Assembly (NCBI GenBank): GCA_900547405.1
Contig: URGL01000002.1
Location: 16,563-80,562, forward strand
DNA from: an uncultured Eubacteriales bacterium
Lineage (GTDB): Bacteria; Bacillota; Clostridia; Oscillospirales; Oscillospiraceae
Direction: 5' to 3'
DNA: 64,000 nucleotides
In this document: positions 38,201 through 46,915 of the stretch, in pieces
Layout of the letters: each line of letters begins with the position of its first letter
Position numbering within the stretch: the stretch's first letter is position 1
Program-made: the position numbers and the translations under genes
Notes under the pieces: generated by a model
The model's database searches: none
The model's input: the letters and a program-made list of their open reading frames with translations, nothing else
Told to the model about the DNA's origin: nothing

Positions 38201-39388
38201 TTAGTACTTCCTCCACACCATCTTATTGACTACGTTTACATAACCCTGGATGATGCGCACTACCTTCATGGAAACAGTCTCATCCACATAGTCGGGGCAG
38301 GGCTTGCCCAGGATGCCCTTCTGTTTCATCTCGATGGCCATATCCGTTGCGTTCAGCAGCTCCCGGGTGGTGATGCCGGCCAGGATGAAGTCCCCGGCTT
38401 CCAGGGCCTCGGGGCGCTCGGTGGAGGTGCGGATGCACACGGCGGCAATGGGGTGGCCGATGGAGAGATAGAAGCTGCTCTCCTCCGGCAGGGTGCCGGA
38501 GTCGGAGACAATGGCCAGGGCGTTCATTTGCAGCTTGTTGTAGTCATTGAAGCCCAGGGGCTCGTTGACCCGGACTCTGGGGTCCAGCCGGAAGCCGCTC
38601 TTCTCCAGCCGGTGACGGCTTCTGGGGTGGCAGGAATAGAGGATGGGCATATCATACTTCTCTGCCAGGGCATTGATGGCGGTGAAGAGGCTCAGGAAGT
38701 TCTGCTCGGAGTCGATGTTTTCCTCCCGGTGGGCAGACAGGAGAATATACTTATCCTTTTCCAGCCCCAGGCGCTCCAGCACATCGCTCTTGCGGATCTT
38801 GTCCAGATTCATGTGCAGCACCTCCGCCATGGGAGAGCCGGTCATGTAGGTCCGCTCTTTGGGCAGGCCCGTGTCTGCCAGATACTTCCGGGCAAACTCA
38901 CTGTAGCACAGGTTCACGTCGGAGATCACGTCCACGATCCGGCGGTTGGTCTCCTCCGGCAGGCACTCGTCCTTGCAGCGGTTGCCGGCCTCCATGTGGA
39001 AAAGGGGGATGTGCAGCCGCTTGGCGCTGATGGCGGAGAGGCAACTGTTGGTATCCCCCAGCACCAAGTAGCCCTCCGGCTGCAATTCGGCCAGCAGCTC
39101 ATAGCTGCGGCCCAGGATGTTGCCGCAGGTCACCCCCAGGTTCTCCCCCACCACAGGCACCAGAATGTCCGGGCCAAATTCCCCGAAGGTGTTCTTCAGC
39201 TCGAAATCCTCCCAGAACACGGTGCTCAGGTTCCGGTCCCAGTTCTGGTTGTAGTAGACCACGCAGCAGTCAAAATATTCCCGGCAGCGCTTGATGACGG
39301 CGGCCAGCCGGATGATCTCCGGCCGGGTGCCGCAGCCGATCATGATTTTGGTGCGGCCGTTGTTTTTCCATTTGAAGTTGTGTTCCAT
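38201..39388 (-). CDS. fnlC: UDP-N-acetylglucosamine 2-epimerase family (Cap5G/WbjD/FnlC-like, non-hydrolysing)
   Basis: ~395 aa; GTRPEIIRL N-terminus and C-terminal epimerase_2 blocks. Confidence 0.8.
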   Translation of the reverse strand: MEHNFKWKNNGRTKIMIGCGTRPEIIRLAAVIKRCREYFDCCVVYYNQNWDRNLSTVFWEDFELKNTFGEFGPDILVPVVGENLGVTCGNILGRSYELLAELQPEGYLVLGDTNSCLSAISAKRLHIPLFHMEAGNRCKDECLPEETNRRIVDVISDVNLCYSEFARKYLADTGLPKERTYMTGSPMAEVLHMNLDKIRKSDVLERLGLEKDKYILLSAHREENIDSEQNFLSLFTAINALAEKYDMPILYSCHPRSRHRLEKSGFRLDPRVRVNEPLGFNDYNKLQMNALAIVSDSGTLPEESSFYLSIGHPIAAVCIRTSTERPEALEAGDFILAGITTRELLNATDMAIEMKQKGILGKPCPDYVDETVSMKVVRIIQGYVNVVNKMVWRKY

Positions 39389-39389
39389 A

Positions 39390-40424
39390 TCATTTCTCCG
39401 CCAGCCGCTGCCGGATGTAGCCCAGGGAGGCGATGGTATCGATGGTCTCCTGCAAATTTAAGCGGCGGGTGTTGTTGGAGTTGAACTCCGTCAGGGTGTT
39501 CCGCTTGTCGTCGCCCTCTTTGAAGTACTTATCGTAGTTCAGCCCCCGGTTGTCGGCGGGGACCCGGTAGAAGTCCCCCATGTCGATGGCCTTGGCGCAC
39601 TCCTCGTTGGTGAGGAGGGTCTCGTACATCTTCTCGCCGTGGCGGATGCCGATGACCTTGATCTCCTCTTTCTTGCCGCCGAAGAGCTCGCAGACGGCTT
39701 CCGCCTGGGTCCGGATGGTGCAGGCGGGGGCCTTCTTGATGAGCAGGTCGCCGTTCTCGCCGTGCTCAAAGGCGAAGAGCACCAGGTCCACGGCCTCTTC
39801 CAGGGACATGATGAACCGGGTCATGTTGGGCTCGGTGACGGTGATGGGATTGCCGGATCTGATCTGGTCGATCCACAGGGGGATGACGGAGCCCCGGGAG
39901 CACATGACGTTGCCGTAGCGGGTGCAGCAGATCTTCGTCTTGCCGGACATTCTGGATTTGGCAATGGCCACCTTTTCCTCAATGGCCTTGGACATGCCCA
40001 TGGCGTTGATGGGGTAGGCGGCCTTGTCGGTGGACAGGCAGATGACGCACTCCACCCCGGCCTCGATGGCGGCGGTGAGGACATTGTCCGTGCCGATGAC
40101 GTTGGTCCGCACGGCTTCCATGGGGAAGAACTCGCAGGAGGGCACCTGCTTCAGGGCGGCGGCGTGGAAGATATAGTCCACCCCGGTCATGGCCCCCCGG
40201 ACGGATTGCAGGTCCCGGACGTCGCCAATGTAAAACTTGATTTTGTTCGCCACCTCCGGCATTCTGGCCTGGTACTCGTGGCGCATGTCGTCCTGCTTCT
40301 TCTCATCCCGGGAGAAGATGCGGATCTCGCCAATGTCCGTGGCCAGGAAGCGGTTTAAAACGGCGTTACCGAAGGAGCCGGTACCGCCGGTGATCATCAG
40401 GGTTTTGTTTTTAAAAAGAGACAT
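39390..40424 (-). CDS. fnlA: Cap5E/WbjB/FnlA-like UDP-GlcNAc 4,6-dehydratase/5,3-epimerase (CapD-like SDR)
   Basis: 344 aa from MSLFKNKTLMITGGTGSFGN (GGAGGA SD). Its RBS and first 19 codons lie inside the 75 bp direct repeat. Confidence 0.85.
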   Translation of the reverse strand: MSLFKNKTLMITGGTGSFGNAVLNRFLATDIGEIRIFSRDEKKQDDMRHEYQARMPEVANKIKFYIGDVRDLQSVRGAMTGVDYIFHAAALKQVPSCEFFPMEAVRTNVIGTDNVLTAAIEAGVECVICLSTDKAAYPINAMGMSKAIEEKVAIAKSRMSGKTKICCTRYGNVMCSRGSVIPLWIDQIRSGNPITVTEPNMTRFIMSLEEAVDLVLFAFEHGENGDLLIKKAPACTIRTQAEAVCELFGGKKEEIKVIGIRHGEKMYETLLTNEECAKAIDMGDFYRVPADNRGLNYDKYFKEGDDKRNTLTEFNSNNTRRLNLQETIDTIASLGYIRQRLAEK

Positions 40425-40440
40425 GATGTGTCCTCCATTC
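40366..40440. repeat. 75 bp direct repeat, copy 1 (RBS plus 5' end of fnlA), flanking the Abi cassette
   Basis: ttaccgaaggagccggtaccgccggtgatcatcagggttttgtttttaaaaagagacatgatgtgtcctccattc is identical to 41693-41767. Confidence 0.9.
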
Positions 40441-40537
40441 AATCATATTTTTTCTTATTGAACAAGGCAATTGTAACAAATACACTGCACAACAGTTTTT
40501 TGACAGCGATATTTGATAGAGTAGAATTTCTTTGCAC

Positions 40538-40566
40538 TTGACAATTTTGATACAATCCACTATAAT
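40538..40566 (+). promoter_or_regulatory. consensus sigma-70 promoter TTGACA-17-TATAAT driving the Abi gene
   Basis: cTTGACAattttgatacaatccacTATAATg in an AT-rich insert; then AGAGGTG SD and ATG 40653. Confidence 0.6.
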
Positions 40567-40652
40567 GTTTGCAATAGAACCCGCCACGCCTAGTCATGTT
40601 CCCATGAATGCGCAACCCGGCGGGACTTTTTGTATTTATAGAGGTGCGCAAT

Positions 40653-41558
40653 ATGTACCAGTATCCAAAAAATATCCAGAACACCGCACAGCTATTGCAA
40701 AAGTGGAGCAATGCTGGGATGCAGATCACCGCAAACGACAATGCCGAAGAAACCCTTGATCAGGTTGGGTATTATCGTCTCAAAGGCTACGCTTTTCACC
40801 TGTACGACAAATCATCCGGAAAATTTGAGACCGGTGTGACCTTTGCGAAGGTTGCAAACATTTACAGGTTTGATTCCGCGTTATCAAATCTTGTGTTCAG
40901 TTTCATTGCGCAAATTGAGGTATCGCTTCGTGCCCGGCTTGTTTCTGCGCTTTTGCTCCATGGAGATGCATTGGTTCTAAATGACCCGTCTATATTTTCA
41001 GAGAAAGACAAGTATTGGAAAAATCAGGGTACCATCGCATCTGAAATCGCACGATCAAATGATGTGTTTATAAAGCACAACTTCCGTCAATACGATGGGG
41101 CTGTCCCGCTCTGGGCCTCTGTTGAGGTAATGTCATTCGGCACGCTCTCTAAAGTGATCAAAAACCTCAAGCCTACCACTGCCGAATACAAAGCATTGGT
41201 TCAACATTACAGATTTATCGGACCGTCCGGCAAATACATTGTTCCCTCACAAAAAATGTTCACGTCGTGGATCCAGTCCGTCTCCGTAATGCGGAATATC
41301 TGTGCGCATAACAGCAGGATTTATAATAGGGCTATCAGTACCGCGCCCCAATTGACGCAATTAGATTTCGTCAATCCGCAGCCGCAATACAATGGCCTGT
41401 ATCAAATCCTTTTGGCCATGAAATACCTTCGTCCGTCAGACAATGCGTGGAATTCTTTTGTTGCAAAGCTCAATGGGTTGTTCTCGCAATACCCGGCCGT
41501 CGTTGATCTCACCCGACTAAATTTTCCGTCAGACTGGCGTGATCATTTTAAGCTTTAA
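40653..41558 (+). CDS. Abi_2-family abortive-infection protein (AbiD/AbiF-like, HEPN Rx4H motif)
   Basis: 301 aa; GYYRLKGYAF, SALLLHGDA and MRNICAHNSRIYN (R-x4-H HEPN motif) are characteristic of Abi_2/AbiD/F proteins. Low GC relative to flanks. Confidence 0.8.
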   Translation: MYQYPKNIQNTAQLLQKWSNAGMQITANDNAEETLDQVGYYRLKGYAFHLYDKSSGKFETGVTFAKVANIYRFDSALSNLVFSFIAQIEVSLRARLVSALLLHGDALVLNDPSIFSEKDKYWKNQGTIASEIARSNDVFIKHNFRQYDGAVPLWASVEVMSFGTLSKVIKNLKPTTAEYKALVQHYRFIGPSGKYIVPSQKMFTSWIQSVSVMRNICAHNSRIYNRAISTAPQLTQLDFVNPQPQYNGLYQILLAMKYLRPSDNAWNSFVAKLNGLFSQYPAVVDLTRLNFPSDWRDHFKL

Positions 41559-41654
41559 GTTCCGGAATATTTCCACCCCCTGTCACATATACTATCCATT
41601 ACAGAGCTGATCAAGCCTCTCAAAGACGCTCAAATCGGTCAGCCTTTCTGTGGC

Positions 41655-41694
41655 CGCCCCAGCAGTTCATTTCAGACTGCTGGGGCGGTTTTTA
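41655..41694 (+). terminator. intrinsic terminator of the Abi cassette
   Basis: ccgccccagcag-ttcatttcagac-tgctggggcgg then ttttt. Confidence 0.75.
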
Positions 41695-41767
41695 CCGAAG
41701 GAGCCGGTACCGCCGGTGATCATCAGGGTTTTGTTTTTAAAAAGAGACATGATGTGTCCTCCATTCT
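41693..41767. repeat. 75 bp direct repeat, copy 2 (orphaned RBS plus 19 codons of fnlA, reading into cassette end)
   Basis: Identical 75-mer; encodes MSLFKNKTLMITGGTGSFG then out-of-context KNRPSSLK-stop. Confidence 0.9.
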
Positions 41768-41779
41768 TATGTTTGGCAT

Positions 41780-42328
41780 TCAAAAGACCGGCTCCAGCAG
41801 GTCCACCTTCTCGCCGCCGCGGAAGACCCGCTTGATCCGCAGGTTTGTCCGGTTTTCGCCTTTGAACTCGGCCCGGAGAATGTAGCCCGAGGGGTAGTGA
41901 AAGTCCCACTTGGTGTCGGTCAGCTTCTGCAGGCGGTTTTCCTCCGCCTTGTTGCCCTCCTGCTTTCCGGCGGCCTTCACCTCGGCGCACAGGACATTCA
42001 CGGGAGGGATACCGGCGGCCTCGTCGCCCCGCTTGCGAATGAGTATATCCAGGCCCAGGTGGGGCCGCTGTCTTGTCTTCTTCGCGGTGATGTCCACCCC
42101 CACCACCAGCCGTCCGTACTCCATGTCCACCACGTAATCCTCGATACGGCGCATCCACAGAAAGAACTGCAAATAGAAGGCGATCCGGGCAGAGACCATC
42201 AGCCGGTCAAAGGGCTGCGTCAGCAGATCCTGGTCATGGCGGTTGAACTGGGCCACCGCGTACATCATCATATAGTCATGGAGCGCCGGATTCTGGGGCA
42301 CGGGAATGGAATAATCTGGGGCTTTCAT
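41780..42328 (-). CDS. hypothetical protein, paralog 1 of a tandem pair; putative PD-(D/E)xK (restriction-endonuclease-like) fold
   Basis: 182 aa; shares with the 42508-43005 product the pattern ER..x..R.A.YL...Y.VD.EY.R...D(L/I)(L/I)I(R/H)KRG...N(V/L)(L/I)C(A/M)E(V/M)K...A.E.RL.K.TD...F.Y..G...L.IK..FR.G, compatible with E / hhhD / hhhExK nuclease motifs. Confidence 0.45.
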   Translation of the reverse strand: MKAPDYSIPVPQNPALHDYMMMYAVAQFNRHDQDLLTQPFDRLMVSARIAFYLQFFLWMRRIEDYVVDMEYGRLVVGVDITAKKTRQRPHLGLDILIRKRGDEAAGIPPVNVLCAEVKAAGKQEGNKAEENRLQKLTDTKWDFHYPSGYILRAEFKGENRTNLRIKRVFRGGEKVDLLEPVF

Positions 42329-42384
42329 GGGCGGTTGTGCTCCTTTTCATGTAGTATTTGATTCTCTTTGGGTATTATAATCGA

Positions 42385-42422
42385 AACCGCGAGAATTGGC
42401 AAGCAATTCTCGCGGGTTTTTG
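42385..42422. terminator. strong hairpin between the two paralogs
   Basis: aaaccgcgagaattg-gcaag-caattctcgcgggttttt, a perfect 13 bp stem with A/T flanks. Confidence 0.45.
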
Positions 42423-42507
42423 TACAGGAGATGGTAAATTGTTTGGGTGTCCCATCGGGCGTTTGCTGGATTCCCGGACTGGGGAAGTCAGAGAGGGGCT
42501 ATTGCGG

Positions 42508-43005
42508 TCATTGAGGGGGGATATGTACTCCATTGCGGAATATGCTTTTGATTGTCAACGCACATTGCTTCATATCCGCTACGATCATGAAGCCGGTCTT
42601 GTAGTTGAAGCCATAGTCCGGGTCGGTCATCTTCCCCAAGCGGGCTTCGTCTGCGTCACATCCATCCCGGTTGGTGCTTTTCTTCATTTCCATACAAATC
42701 AGATTCTGGTAGCCCATTTCATTGTCGTATCCGCGTTTATGAATGATTAGGTCTACTACAATCAAATCGTCATTCAAGCGCTTTGGGCTCCGGTCGTGGC
42801 CGTCCATGCCGCGATTGTACTCTACGTCCACTGTGTACCCTTCGGCCTGGTATACCGAGAGCTGCTTTTCCAGGTACATGGCGAATCTGGCGCAGATGCA
42901 GCGTTCACTGAGATTGGCTTCCAGGAGGTATCGTTCGTGGAGGTTGAAGTCGGCCAGGGCGGCTTGGACCAGGGCGTGGTGGATAGTGGGGGATAGAGTT
43001 GGCAT
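42508..43005 (-). CDS. hypothetical protein, paralog 2 of the tandem pair; putative PD-(D/E)xK fold
   Basis: 165 aa; see paralog 1. ERCICARFAMYLE / YTVDVEYNR / VVDLIIHKRG / NLICMEMKK. Confidence 0.45.
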   Translation of the reverse strand: MPTLSPTIHHALVQAALADFNLHERYLLEANLSERCICARFAMYLEKQLSVYQAEGYTVDVEYNRGMDGHDRSPKRLNDDLIVVDLIIHKRGYDNEMGYQNLICMEMKKSTNRDGCDADEARLGKMTDPDYGFNYKTGFMIVADMKQCALTIKSIFRNGVHIPPQ

Positions 43006-43117
43006 GGGGGGACCTCTTTTTTGATTATAATACCGTTCACGCTTAAAACCTCTTTATTCTTCATCTGGATCCTCTATAGTAGTGCAGACTAAATCAAAGA
43101 TTCCCTAATGTAATCTC

Positions 43118-44512
43118 TTACTGATGTGCTTTATGATGTAGTAATGAAACCCAAATATTTCTATTAATCAGCATAAGCACTCCCAATTCTACAAACTGCA
43201 TCACTTGTCCCAGCATATTATCCCAGAACATAGTCAACGCTGCCAGAACTACCATACAACAGGAGGCCCACTGCTGAACCTGCCCGAACTGAAGATGAAC
43301 ATACTTTTTCGTGTCAAAAATACGATACACAAACACCAAGGTATAGCTTATACAAGTAGCGAGTGCTGCTCCAGTAACACCTAGTATTGGAATCAGCATT
43401 GCGTTCAGGCTTACATTAGCAATTGCTCCTGTAAGTCCGGAAAATAAAAAGCCTTTGCTATCTTTGTTTACCGTATAGTAAGAAGACAAAAATGTTCCCA
43501 GTGTCAAGAACACAAATCCAACAATTAAAAATGGGGTATATCTCCACGCAGAATAGTATTCTCTTTCCACATAAAAACGAAGGAACGGTTTCATAACAGC
43601 AAGCAGTCCAACACCAGCAATGCTGGACATGGCAACAACACCACTAAATACACGACTACTGTAGGCATCCCTGTCCTCACTGTTGTTTTCGCGAATAGCA
43701 GAGTAGGACCATGCCTGGTTGAAAATCCCTGTAATGGTCTGTACCAAAGACGGAACCTTATAAGAAATAGCATAGATACCATTTGCCGCAACACCCACCA
43801 TAGCTGTCACCATGATACGGTCGGAGGAGTTCATAATCCACCACATAAAAGTGTTGGGAATTAACACCACTGAAAACTTTGCCATTTCCTTCACTAACAT
43901 TAGATTGAGATGGAATTCGCGTAACGGCTCCCAAACTTTTCCAGCAAAAATAGAATATATAATTGTTACAATATTTGCAGCAATATAGGCAATGAAATAC
44001 CCCTGAACACCTTTTTTCAGAAGTAGTAATTCAATAATATTGAAGCAGGCGATGGCCAATGCATGAATAATATTGCCAATTGAATACTGCACCAGGCGTT
44101 CCGTCCCCCTCAAATAACCCAAAAAGACTTGAGTACCAGCAAGAGAAATTGTATAGGAGTACAGATAAGCCGCATATTCAGAAATAATAGGAAATGCAGA
44201 GGCCATTGGAATTAGTATAAGCCCACCAATAAAAGACATCCCCAAGAGCATGATTCCAACACTCATAATCTCAGTAGTGTTTGCGTTCTCATCCAGCGAA
44301 AACCGCATAATTGCCTCATTAATATTCAAAATAAGAATCGGTGCCAAAACGGTACAAATGGTTGTCACCAAATCAACAACACCATATTCGGAAGTCGACA
44401 ATATGTTTGTGTACAGCGGCACTAAGAAAAACGAAATCACCTTTGTTCCGATGCTTCCCAATGCAAATATTGCTGTGTTTTTAAGCAAATATTTCGATCT
44501 ATTTTTTTCCAC
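43118..44512 (-). CDS. second Wzx-like oligosaccharide flippase (MATE/PST family)
   Basis: 464 aa, 12-14 TM, PST-family N-terminal block; low GC. Confidence 0.75.
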   Translation of the reverse strand: MEKNRSKYLLKNTAIFALGSIGTKVISFFLVPLYTNILSTSEYGVVDLVTTICTVLAPILILNINEAIMRFSLDENANTTEIMSVGIMLLGMSFIGGLILIPMASAFPIISEYAAYLYSYTISLAGTQVFLGYLRGTERLVQYSIGNIIHALAIACFNIIELLLLKKGVQGYFIAYIAANIVTIIYSIFAGKVWEPLREFHLNLMLVKEMAKFSVVLIPNTFMWWIMNSSDRIMVTAMVGVAANGIYAISYKVPSLVQTITGIFNQAWSYSAIRENNSEDRDAYSSRVFSGVVAMSSIAGVGLLAVMKPFLRFYVEREYYSAWRYTPFLIVGFVFLTLGTFLSSYYTVNKDSKGFLFSGLTGAIANVSLNAMLIPILGVTGAALATCISYTLVFVYRIFDTKKYVHLQFGQVQQWASCCMVVLAALTMFWDNMLGQVMQFVELGVLMLINRNIWVSLLHHKAHQ

Positions 44513-44521
44513 AGTGCTTCC

Positions 44522-45649
44522 TCACAGGCTTAATGCTTTTTTCAGAAATATAACCCCTTTGCCTCGCTCAATACTCAGTATTTTCTGAGCGGATTCTGTG
44601 TCGTATTTTCTGTCCGCTATAGTAAAATCCTGGTAATTCCGCAAGAGCCTATCTTGCGTACCAGTAAGATCTAGGATGCTTTCTATTCTCGTGCCAAAGC
44701 GCGGTGGCATAATAACTGTAAACATCTTTTCCAAATTTAAAGAAAATGCAGTGGCATGGAACGAGTCTGTCAAAATATGCTCTGCATTGACAAAATATCC
44801 TAAAAAATCTTCCACAGACGGGCTCAACGCACAAAATCCAGCTTTTTTTCTTGCAGAACGGCTATAGCCAATTCGAATAATATCCCAATGATTACGTGCT
44901 GCAAGCTCTTCAGCATAATCGTCCATCTGTGTATTTTTATTTAATTGATAAATCAGCAGATATGGTTGACGCTTTTTTTCATGAAATGTAGCAAGTTCTT
45001 TCCACTGATTTCCATCCAGCATTAGTGTAGGGTCCAATATCAGTTCCGAAGAAATACCAATCTCAGAAAGTTGCTTCACAGCGCTTGCCTCTCTCATTGA
45101 AATGGCAGAGTATTTTTTCAGCAGCCTCTGCATTTCCGGAATCTCACTCTGAATTAGCTCATCCATGCCTATACTGGCCGCAAAAGCAATTCTCTTTTTT
45201 CCTTCCGGCGCAAAGGCAAGATAGAGCGGATAATCAACTCCTTCATTCCAAATACTATTCCACACCTGATCACTGCCAGTCACATAAACATCTGCCTTTG
45301 GCGGATTGTTTTGAAGTTCTTCAAAAGAATGATAGGCTTGCGGTGTCAGCGTGATATATTTCTCTAGAAATCTTCGCGTTGGGGCTTTATAGAGCTTTAC
45401 GTATTCTTCCAGCAACAAGACCATCATTTTCTCTGTTGCAGCTGTGCATCCCCATATCGGTTGCAGTCTTTTTAATGTACTACTTTTCAGCAACGCTTCT
45501 GCTTGTCTCTTCGGTGTCTGATTTGCTCTCCAATAATCCACGAATTCGACCTCGCAGCCAAGATATTCTAACGTTTTCTTTGTTGCATATGTTTGCAAAA
45601 CCGATCCATAGTTATTGACATTAAGTAATGTTATAACGCTTACTTTCAT
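44522..45649 (-). CDS. polysaccharide pyruvyl transferase (CsaB/WcaK/EpsO family)
   Basis: KVSVITLLNVNNYGSVLQTYAT N-terminus and DSFH motif typical of PS_pyruv_trans. Confidence 0.8.
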   Translation of the reverse strand: MKVSVITLLNVNNYGSVLQTYATKKTLEYLGCEVEFVDYWRANQTPKRQAEALLKSSTLKRLQPIWGCTAATEKMMVLLLEEYVKLYKAPTRRFLEKYITLTPQAYHSFEELQNNPPKADVYVTGSDQVWNSIWNEGVDYPLYLAFAPEGKKRIAFAASIGMDELIQSEIPEMQRLLKKYSAISMREASAVKQLSEIGISSELILDPTLMLDGNQWKELATFHEKKRQPYLLIYQLNKNTQMDDYAEELAARNHWDIIRIGYSRSARKKAGFCALSPSVEDFLGYFVNAEHILTDSFHATAFSLNLEKMFTVIMPPRFGTRIESILDLTGTQDRLLRNYQDFTIADRKYDTESAQKILSIERGKGVIFLKKALSL

Positions 45650-45662
45650 AATTTCTCCCAAA

Positions 45663-46898
45663 CTACCTATTCAAGCATTTTTTAGCGATATTCTTCCATC
45701 TTCTTGGAATCCAGTCCCATGCTTGATACAGATAGTACTTCATGCCCAGGTGTTTCCAATACCATTCATTAACAGCAGCGTACCCGTTCTTGCAATACAA
45801 TTCCATAACTGCCTCTCTACTCTCATGCCGTTTGGTTGGGTGGTTCAGCTGACCATTTCTCTTTGCCGCAGCCTCGTAGGTGGAATCCAACAGTATCATG
45901 TTTTCTCGGCATGTTTCTAAGAAACTCTGCCCCTTTTCTGTGTTAACTAAGATACAAGAAATCCCCTTTTCAGCATTCAGCAATCCTTTTTGCAGATACT
46001 CGGGATGCATCTCTTCAATGCCCCAAAAGTCACCAATAGTTAAATCGCTGAATCTTTGTCCGCCTGCATACTTGCAAGAGTAACAGCTATCTCGGTATGT
46101 CGCACCCTTCAAAAACAACCAGTAGTAGGAAGACTGTCTTGCATACAGAAACCTACTGATTTTCTTTTGGTCTGAAACTCTGCAATGCTCTGCAAGCACA
46201 AAACTTCCCCAACCGTCTTTTTTGTTCCTGAACTCAACATCACAGATGCGCATGCCCAGCTTCTTCTCTTCTTCCGCAATATAATCCCGAAACAGCTTTT
46301 CCCCTGGCACACCATGGCAGATAATGTCTACTGTGATTAGATTGTCATACTGCTTTCTGCCCAGGAATCCATTTAATCCATCCACCTGGCAAGGAGTCCC
46401 GGAAAACAAAACCTTTCTTCCGGTGTTCAGTTGCTTTAAAACTTCGCGATAACACAATACCATGTCACTTTTAACATACTTTGATCCCTGAATTTTTTTC
46501 AGTTCAGATAGATTCTCTACCATAATATGGCAGGTTTGGATTCCTGTCTTATCCGTAAATTCAGTGGCGCAGCCAAATACTACGCCGGATTGCCCCAATA
46601 TCTTAGTTGCAAGAGCTGCAAATGCACCACCTGATGAGGAAATTTGCAGGATCATATCCTCTTTCGCTGCCGCAGCATATACCTTTATCGGAGTTTGCCC
46701 AACCATATCCTTTTTATAGCTACAAGCACTGATACACTTCCCACACCGAACGCAAAGATTCTCTTCAATCTCCGGAAAAACATTGCCATAGCTGTCTTCC
46801 TTCATAGAAATTGCATTTCGGGGGCAGCTGTTTAAACACGCCCCACATCCACAGCAATCTTCTTTTCCATGAAACAGAACAATTTCTCGTTTTACCAT
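45663..46898 (-). CDS. 4Fe-4S ferredoxin plus coenzyme F420 hydrogenase/dehydrogenase beta-subunit-like protein
   Basis: N-terminal CxxCxxC...CP and CxxCxxC...C clusters, then FrhB/FdhB-like N and C domains; commonly paired with pyruvyl transferases in glycan loci. Confidence 0.75.
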   Translation of the reverse strand: MVKREIVLFHGKEDCCGCGACLNSCPRNAISMKEDSYGNVFPEIEENLCVRCGKCISACSYKKDMVGQTPIKVYAAAAKEDMILQISSSGGAFAALATKILGQSGVVFGCATEFTDKTGIQTCHIMVENLSELKKIQGSKYVKSDMVLCYREVLKQLNTGRKVLFSGTPCQVDGLNGFLGRKQYDNLITVDIICHGVPGEKLFRDYIAEEEKKLGMRICDVEFRNKKDGWGSFVLAEHCRVSDQKKISRFLYARQSSYYWLFLKGATYRDSCYSCKYAGGQRFSDLTIGDFWGIEEMHPEYLQKGLLNAEKGISCILVNTEKGQSFLETCRENMILLDSTYEAAAKRNGQLNHPTKRHESREAVMELYCKNGYAAVNEWYWKHLGMKYYLYQAWDWIPRRWKNIAKKCLNR

Positions 46899-46915
46899 AG
46901 AATAAATCTCCTAAT

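Noticed and set aside
37001-39484. 827 aa plus-strand ORF spanning the fnlB/fnlC genes, and 35878-37053 minus-strand ORF over the epimerase gene
   Set aside because: Antisense to three well-conserved sugar-nucleotide enzymes. Composition is Gly/Ala/Val/Asp low complexity.
41667-42158. 163 aa minus-strand ORF beginning inside direct-repeat copy 2 and overlapping paralog 1
   Set aside because: Read in the biologically relevant frame the repeat gives only the 27-codon fnlA stub. The long ORF is an Arg/Gly-rich alternative frame over the paralog-1 gene.
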